Below, piece by piece: positions 53,501-64,000 of a stretch of DNA of 64,000 nucleotides. Location of the stretch: positions 620,001 to 684,000 of the forward strand of contig OZ237737.1 in assembly GCA_965178125.1 (NCBI GenBank). Reading direction: 5' to 3'. A model generated the notes under the pieces. The model did no database searches and was not told where the DNA came from. It worked only from the letters and a program-made list of their open reading frames with translations. Source of the stretch: Bilabrum cf. latius. Taxonomy: Eukaryota. How positions within the stretch are numbered: position 1 is the stretch's first letter; each line of letters begins with the position of its first letter. The position numbers were made by a program, and so were the translations under genes.

Positions 53501-56500
53501 GCGGCCACATTCATGCGCGCTGCACCCACAGAGCTGCCAAGGCCCGAGATCCCGCTGCTGTCTGTCCCAGCCGCAGCTACCTCCCGCATGGCCTGCTCCT
53601 CGTCACCCATCGCCTTTCGCTGCTGGGCAGCCGCTCGGTGGTGGCTGGCACCGCGCTTCGGTCGTCCCGACTGCAACGGCTGGGCGGCAATTTCCCGAAG
53701 AGACACGAGAGCCGCGCTTCTCCTCTCCCGCGCAGCTGCGTGTTCCGCCCCCACGTCCACTTCGGCGGCCATACTCACCCGCTGCCCCCCTGGCCCTGTC
53801 TTCTTCGACAGAGATACCTGTGTGGCTGCGTCAGCAAGATGCTTAGACTACTCTAGCAGCCCATCCAATCGCAGCTCAGTCTTCTCCTGGCCCTGCCGGA
53901 TCTTGGAGAGTTTTTGGTGCCGGGTGACCATTTCCCTCAATGAGGCAGCCCCGTCAGCCCTGTACCGGCTCAGGTTGAACACGCGACACAGCCGGTCGGA
54001 TGTCACGACGAGCAGGCACAGGCTTACCGGGTCGAAAGCTAAGCCAGCAACTGAAACGGCTGCTGTAGTCTGGTCGATCCGGTTCGTGCTGTGCCTAGTT
54101 GTGCCAAACGAGGCTGCCTGAGGCCCAACCGTGTCGTTGTACGAATTTCCGCTCGACTCGCGTGTCGATCTGTTGCCTCGCTCGACTCCATCTGGCTCGG
54201 CAGCTGCTGCCTGCGAACTGCTCCGCGAGCCGGAGTACAGGCCTTTCTTGGCATTTTTCCGACCACTGTGCGCAGCTTTGGGCTGCAGTGCGGCCGCGAC
54301 AATCTGGCGTGCCTTAGCTCTAGCTTCTCCCAGAGTCATACCAGCCAAAGCTGGGTCGGAGCCGAGCTTCCTGCTAGCAACAGCGCGACGCTTCTGATCC
54401 GCCAAGTCATCCACAGCTGAAGAGCCGAGATGACCGGTGACTGTTGGTCGAACGACGTTTCCATGTTCGTCACATAGACCAAACTCGGCAGGTTTGTCTG
54501 AAAACGGCAGGGCATGCTTGGGAGGGTTTGCCCTGGTGCCCACATCAAGCGTGAGGGCGTGCTGCAGCGTATCTGCCCACAAATGCACGGCATTCGTTCG
54601 GTACCCCACGGCGTACCCTTGCAGGGCAGGCAGCAGAACGAAGCAATTCGGTCGAACTCCGCCGTTTTCGGCCAGGACAGACGAGCCTGGCGTGGTCGGG
54701 TTGGGCGTCTCGATCATGTAGGTGGCTTGCGCCCGCTGGACCGCCAAGGCATTCCCAGCCTCCCGCAATAGGAAACTCACGTACTCAGCGAAGCTCAGGG
54801 TCTACGATGAGTCTGCATCCATTCGGTGGAAGCTCGCAACGATTGCTTCCGCTGGCAAAGTGCTGAGGCGAGTGAGCAGACCCACAAACTCTGTCTCTGT
54901 GATTCCCTCCTGCGGATGCAGCACACCGGCGCCGATCGCCATTCCATGAGAGCTTGCAGCACCAGACATGTCAGCCCCATTGCTTCCATCGGCATTGCTC
55001 CCATCCGCACCGCTGCTGCCGTGCGTGCTGGATATGTGCCGGAACAGGGGCTCAAGCACAGGCAAGTGGGCCGTGATGTCATTAATGGGATCTGCCTCGA
55101 AAGACTCCTGGAGCTGACGCAAAGCAGGAAGAGGGGTGGAAGCAAGAGCATGCCCCTGCCGAACGCCGATCTCGTAAAGGCTCTCCGCGGCCCGCGTCTC
55201 CATGGGGTACACGTCCGCATCGATCCTCCACTTCACCCGAACCGCAGCCCCAGGACAAGGAGTACCGCTGATCGAGACCTCTACTTCATCGCCATCGGAT
55301 GACCGTGATGAGAGCTGCTCGCTCTTCAAGTTGATGCTCGCCTCCACGCGGTCTAGCTGCTCGGTCGCTCCAGTTGGTGCACCGCTAGGCAGGGTACCGT
55401 GCAGCAGCAGGGGGTGCTTCAATCTCACGCGCTGGGGGGTCTAGAGCGCCTCAAGCACAGCAGGGCTGGGGCGCAGGGGGAGCCAAGTGTCAAGAGCAGC
55501 AGGTCGCGTCACCCCTCCACTCCGTCGGCGACGCCTTGCTCTTGCCGCGTCAGCTCTTGCTGCAAGTTCGACCCAGTTGTGGGCAGATATCTCTGGCACG
55601 CCACCGTTAGCGGTGGTGAAACCCACCGGCATCACGCTCGCCAGAGCCACGGCCCCGCCCCGAGATGCGACATCTCCCATCGCAAGCGCAGGACCGAATA
55701 CGTTAGAGTGGGGATCTGAGCACGGATGCACGGGGAGGCATTGCGGCACATCTCCGAGCTGGATGGTCACGCTTCTCCTCTCCATCGCGGACTTGGCGAC
55801 TGGGGCACCTGGCGCTCGCCCGGAACCGGCAGCTTCGCTCTCCGCGTCTCCTCGGCTGCTGCCGGATGCCGTAGAGGCACCATCGGCAACACTATCCCCG
55901 TCCCTCCCCGAGTCCTTGGTTGCTCCACCCTTCCCGCGAGCGCCAAACACGTTTAACACGCGCGTCGCCTTCTGCTGCGTGGACCGCTTCTTTACGCTGT
56001 GCTTCGATTGGGCGCGCTGGGTGACCTCTTCGGCCGCCGCTGCTGCAAACAGTCGGTGTCCGAACACGGCAACCCCGACGTGCAGGACACACGTACCCAG
56101 CAAGATCTGCCTGCTGGAATCGGACGCGTGCTTGGCTCCGCCCACGCGTGGAGAGGCCCCCTGCAAGATTGCTTCCTCCTCTGGCAACACAACCGAGGAC
56201 CGTCGGCCTCTTCGCACCGCTGCTCCTCTGGCAGCAGAGCTGTCCCCGCTGCCCTGCTGCCCCAAGGCTCCCGCCTCGGTGTCGAACTCGGCGTCGTCGT
56301 CAGATTCATCCAGCACTATCCTGCCCTGCTGCCTTGGCTTAGAACCCCCACCCCCGCGCCTGCCTTGCGTGCCCCCACCCTGCGACCTGCCGGCTCGCCG
56401 GTCCTGTCCCTTTCCGAGTACATGGGCTGCGGCAGAGATGCCACCGCCACGCACCGAGTACAACGACAGCTGAACCTGCGAATCAGCGCAAAAGTTGTGC

Positions 56501-58959
56501 AATCTCACTCGGAACACCTGCCTGAACTTGGGCCGAAGGGACTGGGGCACACTGACAGCCGCTGTCCTGGAGAGCAGCACCTCCTCCCGTCGCGGCTTGA
56601 TGGCAAATAGCATCTGCTAGCCAGCCTGCTACCGCTGATCAGCGTCTAGACGTGGCGCAACCAGCTGCAGCCCAACGGCGATGTCCTCGGTAGTGGTTCG
56701 CCGTTCCTCTTCCTCAGCAGCGTGCTCCGCCTGCACTGCTGCAAGGAGGGCTGTAGCAACGCTGCCGCGACGATGCCTTGCCGACCTTGCGGCAATCTGC
56801 TTGCTGCGCGCAACTGCTCGAGTGCGATCCGAGTCTGGATCGCCCGCAAACCGCACCCCCTTCTCCTCCCCTTTGCCACCGTCCTCCACCGCATCCTCAT
56901 CTCCAACTATGCCCGCGTGGTTTGCCTTCACCTCATGATGATGGGCGGCAATGCTGCCTCTTCTGTGCATGCTCTGGGCCACGTCTCCCATGCCTAGCTC
57001 AGCACTGTCTCGACCTGAGCCTCCCCCATCTGGAGAAGGCGCTCGGAGGGTTACAGAGAACCCTGTGCCCGCGCTTTCGCCCTTCTTGCCTTGGTTCGAA
57101 CCACCAAAGGCCGCCTGCTCCAAGCTGGCCACGCTGGACGTCGAGCCCCGTCTCTGCTTCTGCATCTCGATGGCCTGCTTTGACTCGTGGTGTGCAGCGC
57201 CGGAGTGCACCCGCTGGGTCATGACGGCGTCCACGCCAGATCGCAGAGCCGAGATCTTGGTGCGGGTGGAGGCCGTGACAGCCTTGGCGTCAATGCGTAG
57301 GGAAGCAGGGGCAGCGAGGCTTCCGATCGCATCGGCGCTGGCACTGCTGCGTCTTCGCTGGCTAGTCTGATTCGTTGACCTACCAAGCTTTGCGCTGGTG
57401 CCAACCTACTCCAGCTTCCTCCGGAGGATGTCCACCTGTCGGGAGGCAGGGTCCTGGGCCAGCATGTTGCCACCCGAGCTGCTCGCCCCGTGCAGCAGAG
57501 CATCGTGCAGCAGGACGAAGGAGGGGGGCCCGCCGTGCAGCATCGCGTCCAGCTGGTGCTTCCACAGCTTGGCACCCCAGCTCCTTGCCTCGAACCACGC
57601 GTCCTCCTCCATGACCTCGTGCGCCTCTGCCTCCGTCATAGGGGGGCCCCCGTTAGGAGACCCAAACATGCTACGGGCCGTCATGCCGGGAGTGGAGGCC
57701 AGCGCGCTGGTATCTAGCCCTGTGCCAACGATGGTAGAGGGGCAAAGGGGTCCGCTCACCAGCAGCCGCTTGGCAGTGAGCGCGTCCTCCACGTCAATCG
57801 ACGTCACGATGCGACCTGGGGCGGCTATTGGAGTCAGGACCACGTCTGCCTCCCCGCCCGCATCCCCTGCTTGGGACCGACTCGTGGACAAGCCGCCGTC
57901 GAGGCCGCCTTCCTGTCCCCCGTGGCCAGAGTCCCGGTCGACCATCGGAGACACGGCCGCTGCAAAGTGGGCCCCGAAACCACCGGGTGTGGGGGCAGAC
58001 CCCAATTCACCCCTGCGCCGCCTGGTGGATTTCGACCCGCCGTACCGTCCATGCCCCGAGCTACGCGCTCCGTCTCCGTCTTGCAGAGCCCAGGCGCCCC
58101 TCACCACGCGAGGACCACCCGCCACGCCCGCGCATATCGCGTCCATGGGATCGGCCATGCGAGCAAGCCCATCGATCAGTGCCTCTCTGTCGCGGAGAGC
58201 CTTAGACATGCTCCTCGACCCGGAGTCTGCGCCCCTGCCCGACCGCCTCGAGGTCGAGCTCCGCTTGGCCTCCTCTAGTCGATCCATCCTCGTGTCGGAA
58301 TCGTCGCGAAGCAGCGCGAACCGCTGTTCGACGTCGTCAGCGCGTGGAGAGACAGCACTTTGTTTCGTCTGAATGGCTACTCGCGCGGCTCGCCTGGTTG
58401 TCTGCGTGCTTTCCCTCCCTATGCCCATCGTGGCGACGACCTCGGCTCCCAGCACCGAGCGCAACAAGCGGCTTCGCTTCTGAAACGTTCGTCTTGTCCA
58501 TTGCTTGAACCCGCGCCAGCGATTGGCAGCAGCTCTGTCATTGGCTAGAAGTTCGGCTTGCTTGTAGTCAAACTCTCCGGTCGATTCGGTGGAAGCTGAG
58601 CGAAGCCTATCAGCTCCGCCTGCCTTTGGGCTAGAGGTACGCTTTTGGTGATCACGAAGCGCATCTGCGGCATCATCGCGCTTTTTGAGCTCGTACTTCT
58701 CAACATGCTCAGCCAAAGCCTGGGCAACATGAACAGCACGAGCAAGGGGCCGCAAGTCTGCCTCGTTTATCTCAATCGTTAGAGTAACGCTCGATAGCGT
58801 CGTCCTGTCCTCGCTGATCGCATATGGGCCTGGATGAATAGAGTTCATCTTTGTGACGCAGTGCGGGTTGTATGCCCGGACCACTACTGCCGCGTTTCTT
58901 GTTTGGAGCTTTGTGAATCGGCCAACGGATCCATGCGGTCGCAACCGCCGCAACCTCAT
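47542..58959 (-). CDS. Giant (~3770-3800 aa) EF-hand + WD40 protein, WDR49/WDR64/EFCAB8-like
   Basis: Nine track ORFs lie in one frame separated only by TAG. EF-hand FHRMDADSS[TAG]TLSFAEYVSFLL is followed by WD40 repeats (VVTCGFDRRLLLWD, GRLTVWD, LLTGAVDGSIRLWN, LATGSSDGQLVLWN). Start is ATG 58959 or 58848. Ends at TGA 47542. Confidence 0.78.
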
Positions 58960-59031
58960 GGTCGCACCACGGCGACCACAGGACTTTCTTTGCGGATTGA
59001 ACGTCTAATCATCAAATTATCAATGATTTCA

Positions 59032-61560
59032 TCAGGCAGAGTCGGCTGCACGGCGGCCGGCCGCTATTTCTTCGCCCTGCGGCTGGACGTGACTGTCGCT
59101 CGTCCCAACACCCGCTGCACCGCCGTCCTCATGTTTCTTCGCGGCATCCTGCCTCCTCCAGTACCCTTGCACCAGCTCCTCATCCCGCTCCTGGGGCGGC
59201 CGCCCCGACGCCACGCGTGGCCCGCACAGCCCCCCCACGCACCCCACTCTCGGCCTCATCACCAGCCCCTTGTCCTCGTCGTCATCCACCTCTGCCGCGC
59301 CCAGGGAGGAAGACGAGCCGTTGGGCGCACCTGCGGGGGCCGTGCCACCACTAGCGGAGGAGGACGCCGCGTTGCGTTCCCATGCCTCACGCCTGTCCTC
59401 GATCGGAGCCTCGAAGGGGTACTCGCTGGTGAGACCCAGGGGCTGGGGTGGGGGCGGCTGCAGCACCGGCAGCACCACCGTGCTCTCGGGCTCGAGGGAG
59501 ACTCCCCGAGCGAGCTTGAGCCTGTCTTTGTTCTTGCTGGCGAACGCCATCGGCAGGTAGTGCTGCTGCACGCCGGTGTTCGCATCGATGACCACCACCG
59601 TGCGCAGGTCGGCTCCCTGTTTCTGACGCCTGAGCCTCCGCTACGCCCTGCGGCGAGCTCGACGGATGGCCGCGGCCGCTTTCTGCTGCCGTTCCTCCTC
59701 CTCTCTCTCCTCCCGCTCCAGCCTCTCTCTCTCCTCCGGATCCAGGGCCGCCATGGCGATTCCCCCGCTGGCTCGCCTCCCGCCGTGGCTCCGCCTCGGC
59801 GCGCCCTTCCCCAGGTCAGCCCCTGGACCCCCACCAGCAGCCCCGGAAATCGCCCTGGCAGACCCGGCAATATCCCCGCTCGCCTCGCGCTGATCCGGTC
59901 CAGTGTTCCCCAGTAGGGCCCCCTGCTGATCGTCAGACTCGGAGTCGTCATCATCCATGTGGGACAGCTGCCCCACAAGAGAGAACAAGCCGCCCTTCCT
60001 GGCGGGCGCAGAGGACAGCAGGAAACTGCCCTTGTGGCGGAGGGTGCCACCGCCTGATGCGCCGGGGGCCGAGCCATCACCTCTAGCACGCAAGCCGGGT
60101 GGCATCTCACCCATCTCGTTGCCGTCCCCCCCGGCCCCCGCCCCGCCACCCACAGGCACCACTGTGGCCGGCCCCGGGGCCCTCCTCACCTGCGAGCCAG
60201 CATTCCCGCCCGTGTCGGGGCCCGCAGCCCCGGTTGCCTGGTCCAGCAGTGCTTGTGCCAGGTCGGACCCCTCCAGCCCCGCCTCCACCCGCGGGCTCAT
60301 GGCCTCGAGCATCTCCATCACGCTCGCCACCAGCTCCCCGCAGACCACACCCTCCAGGTCGTGCTCCACGGGGATGCGCTTCTGCGGCAGCCTCGCGAGG
60401 CCCATGAGCACCTCTTGCTCCGAGAGCTGCCCGTCCCCGTCCTTGTCTACCAGCCTGAGGAAGCCCCTTGCATCCGCCTCGGTGACCGACTTGCCCCTGA
60501 TGTCTGATAGCAGGGCGCGCACCTCGCTGGCTTCGATGTACCCACTGCGGTCCTGGTCCGCTCGCTAGAAGGAGCGGTGCACCTCCACTGCCACCTGAGG
60601 GGGCACCTGCCTCACTGCGGCCCACACGCGGGGCAACAGCATGTGCACCAGCTTGCGGCCGAAGGGAGTGAGGTCTGCGCGACCCATCGTGCGCCAAATG
60701 GGAGGAGCGGTGCCTGCAGTGGCAGATGTGCCCCCACTCCGCACGCTAGACCCGTCGTCCGATGCCCCGCTCGCGGCAAACTCGCCGGCTCGGGTTAGTC
60801 GGGAGGCCCCGGGAGGCTTGACCACGCCAGGAGCAGCATCACCCGCGCGACCCAAGCTGCGAGATGACGTGGACACTGTGGGGCGCATGGTCTATCTGGC
60901 ACGATTCGCCCTGAAGCGGGGCATCTGCGGTGCCCATGTAATCCCTCTCGCGGCGCAGTCAAGCAAACCGTTGAAAATGTCGTGTCTCGCATCTGTTCTC
61001 TACAGGATCAAACGGCGAACAACATACTGCGATGCTGAAACGGATACATTTAGCAGTCCACGGGCAGTGCCATGGCGCACTTGGCCCGATCATCTGGCAA
61101 GCAAGGCAAACAGCTCACATGCGACCCAGTTTCTTCCAGTTCTCGGAGCCTTGCTACCAATGGAGATAGCTTCAGACCAGCTATACCTGGCTCGCACAGC
61201 CACAATCGATCCTCGTGCTGCAGGATGATCGCTAAGTGTGACCATCCGCTCAAAGCTTGTCGCTGCACGGAAAAGTAGGCCCCGTTCGACGTCGATACCA
61301 CACCCCGTATCAGACCGGGCTACAGCGACCCTACGGTTGTATGGACCTGCTTTCGAATCAATAACAGATCACCAGAACGCAAATCACCAGCATGTACTGC
61401 GGGGAGCGATCCCCAAGCGCCCATTCGGGCGAAAAATTGGCAGACGAAACCGCAACCAATGGATTGCGGTTTTTCGCGCTTGGTTTGTGATTTGACACGT
61501 TACTCGAATTGCTGGGTCCGCCCGCGTCACCCTTCTGGGCGTCACCAAGAGGCAACCTTC
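59032..61560 (-). CDS. Permuted papain-like (YiiX/YebB-type NlpC/P60) amidase with an inserted EF-hand pair; 5' end uncertain
   Basis: LRSGDLLL, WSHLAII, LWLCE..GLKLSPL and YVVRRL (across the 92-nt intron 61118-61027), then EF-hands F[TAG]RADQDRSGYIEASE and VDKDGDGQLSEQE, then VVCGELVA and HYLPMAF..LKLARGVSLEPE. A further intron is tentative at 61503-61397. Ends at tandem TGA (59032). Start codon not resolved. Confidence 0.68.
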
Positions 61561-61843
61561 CTGTTTAGTGCAAGGTACGCATTGTAAGAACACCATTACA
61601 TCCACCTACAGGAAAATTGCTGGCATGAACGGTTGCATTGAGAGGCCTGCAGAGATGCATCCTGCTTCTCGAAGAAGAGTGTTCGCAGCAACATTGCGCT
61701 GCGAATGGTGCTGCATACCGACTTGATTCGCTTTCCTCTCGTTTTGTCCTTTTTAGATCGCAGATAAGCGCTGTTCGCTCTGCCCTGCCATTCTCAGCGA
61801 TCGTGTCGAACAGCTGTGGTTCGCGCTGACCTCATAAATTATA

Positions 61844-64000
61844 ATGGCGGGGCCAAATCGAATGCAGGATGGTTCCGTTGTATTTGACGTTGTAAAGGTG
61901 AATATGTTTGGCACCCACTAGCCCCGCAAGCTCCGGATTCTCGTACAGTCTGATGCGAGTGGGGACGACCGTGGAGATGGAACCTTGTGGATTCTTACGA
62001 CTGGAATGGGAGTAAGACGAAATCTTCCTGCCAGCCGGCTGCAAGCATTGGTAGAAATATTACACTTGTAGGCCAGAGAGAATGCTCGGGGCTTGCAGCT
62101 GCAGTTTGGTGAGATGGGGCTCACTGCTACCCGAACTCTACTGTTCTCGTCGTCGACTGAACGGGACGAGTTCGTGGCATTATTTAGCCGTCTGGTCGGA
62201 GCAAAGGCCATTGCACGGCCGCTATTAAAGCTTGGCAGCGCACTCGGGGGTGCCGGGCCGGCGAGTGCCTCGAAGTCACTCGCCTCTGCGGATAGCCATG
62301 CCAAGAGCGTGCAAGGCCACAGCGGGAACCACCTCGTCGCCATAGAGAACCTGTACGGCTTCCAGTGCAACCGAGTCACGCAGCTGGACACATCCAGCTG
62401 CATGCTGCGCATCCTCGAGCAGCCCGCCATGGACAGCACCAAGGCGAGCGTGCTGCAGGCCCACTCCCTCTCCCGCCTGGAGCGCTTCGACGTGCACTCG
62501 GTGGACCCCTGCGCCCTCGGCCTGTGCTTCCAGGGCGACAGAGCGGCCTCTAGCGCCCCTGCACAGCTGGTCATATCCTTCCGTTCGCGTGACGAGCGCG
62601 ATGATTTCGTTGAGGCGCTCAAGCCCGTGGTGGACCGCTCGGGTGCCACCGGGGAGGACGGGGGTCCTCTGCTGCCCAACTACACGTGGAGGGTGCCGCT
62701 GCCCGTCAGGAAGTGGTTCCGGTTTCTCGTGCATCGCAAGGCAGGGGGTAGCATGGGATCCGGGAAGGAATTCATCCTCATGTGCAGCGTGCGGCACCGG
62801 ACGCTCAATTTTATCGACTCGGCCGAGCTGGCTGCGCTGGGGGGCGTGGAGGCCCATTTCATCCCGGACACGGTCAAGATCGCACAAACTATCAGCACCC
62901 TGCCCGGAGCCATGCAAGTGGAGCTGGACCCGGCCAACCCTAGGCGAATTCGATTCTCGACAGACACGCCGGGCACGCCTGTAGGCGACCGGCGGTACAT
63001 TGACATTGAGCTGCCCACTGCTGGGGAGAGGCAGCGGCTCTCTGCAGTCCTAAACTCGATTGCAGCCGCGCCCACGGCAAGCAAGGACAATCAACCGTCG
63101 TCTGCCGCCAGGCTAGCCGCCCGAGACCCGGCCCCTCCAGTTGTGCCCGCCCTGTGGCATGCGGACTGGCCGCACGACGAGGTGGGCGTGTATGTGGGCA
63201 CGTACAACGTGTCGGGGTAGCCACCTCCTGGCCCGCGAGAGCTGCAGAAATGGATCCCATTCCCGTTCAACAAGGCCCACGACCTCTACGTCCTGGGCTT
63301 TTAGGAGATCGGATCGGCTGCCAACCGCGAGAAGTGGGGCAAGGCGCTTTTCGAGTTCTTGAATACGAACCCGAGATCCGCTGGGCTGGACCCAATGCAG
63401 ACAGAGCGGAACCGGTCGGCCACGGTGGCTGCATCAGCACACCCACTGTACGGCGACCTGTCCGGAGGTGGATCGTCTGGCGCTGGGGCAGCAGAGTAGT
63501 CCGAGTCGGCGCCAGAGCCGATCCACACCGGCGGGTATCTTCAGGTTGCCCACGCCTTTATGTGGGAGATATCTCTATGGGTGTTTGTGAGGGCACCGCA
63601 CGCCGGTGACATCTCCAACGTGCAGACGCACTACGAGCCCACGGGCCTTGCGCTCCTGAAGAACGTGACGGGGCAGCAGCTAGGCAACAAGGGTGGGCTG
63701 GGCTGCTCGCTGACGTGGAGGAGCACCCCACTGGCCTTCGTAAACTGTCATCTTGCTGCGAGACCAGAGCGCATTCCGGAGCGCGAGTCTGACTTTCGCT
63801 AGATTGTTCGGAACTTGCAGCTCAACAGCAGCATGCAGGGGTACGGGCTGGATTTTATCCATGGGCACGAGCACGTGTTTTTCTTTGGCGACATGAATTA
63901 TCGCGTGGATCTCCCATTTGCCACGGCGGTGGACTGCCACAAGCGGGGCGACTACCCGATGCTGGCCAGCAACGACCAGCTAGCCAAGCAGAAGCAGCTG
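61844..64000 (+). CDS. Inositol polyphosphate 5-phosphatase (INPP5B/OCRL/SHIP family) with N-terminal PH-like repeats; 3' end runs off the window
   Basis: Motifs VYVGTYNV, DLYVLGF[TAG]E, GNKGG, AFVNCHLAA, VFFFGDMNYRV and NDQL lie in one frame from ATG 61844, interrupted only by TAG. Confidence 0.92.

Noticed and set aside
47542-61560. One continuous gene joining the EF-hand amidase and the giant WD40 protein (same strand and frame)
   Set aside because: Tandem TGA codons at 59032 and 59029, plus further TGA/TAA just downstream in an AT-rich patch, separate them.

Overview
A gene-dense, GC-rich eukaryotic (protist) nuclear window, not prokaryotic. It has about 21 protein-coding genes, short GT-AG introns clustered at gene 5' ends, and very short intergenic spacers. 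The main result is a non-standard genetic code. Almost every gene contains in-frame TAG codons, several at positions where the family has a conserved Gln (5-phosphatase GF[TAG]E = GFQE; KamA-like FP[TAG]P = FPQP; EF-hand F[TAG]RAD). All 19 genes whose 3' end lies in the window finish at TGA (17) or TAA (2), and I found no in-frame TAA or TGA inside the reconstructed CDSs. This points to UAG=Gln with UAA and UGA still used as stops, so the two UAR codons are uncoupled. Read this way, the fragmented ORF track collapses into intact genes: GatA, a 3.2-kaa CNH/Vps39-like protein, Rpn9, a mitochondrial cyclophilin, a mitochondrion-targeted KamA-like radical SAM enzyme, YJU2, 8-unit polyubiquitin, a ULK4-like pseudokinase, an orphan, a large actin-related protein, an Smr protein, a TTLL ligase, IMPAD1/BPNT2, a SHIPPO-repeat protein, NSUN5, ISD11, a TMEM242-like protein, a CBL calcium sensor, a 3.8-kaa EF-hand/WD40 protein, a permuted papain-like amidase with inserted EF-hands, and an inositol 5-phosphatase. 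Gene content suggests an aerobic flagellate, possibly a Cafeteria-like stramenopile (inference only). All gene models and family calls were made by eye, with no database searches.
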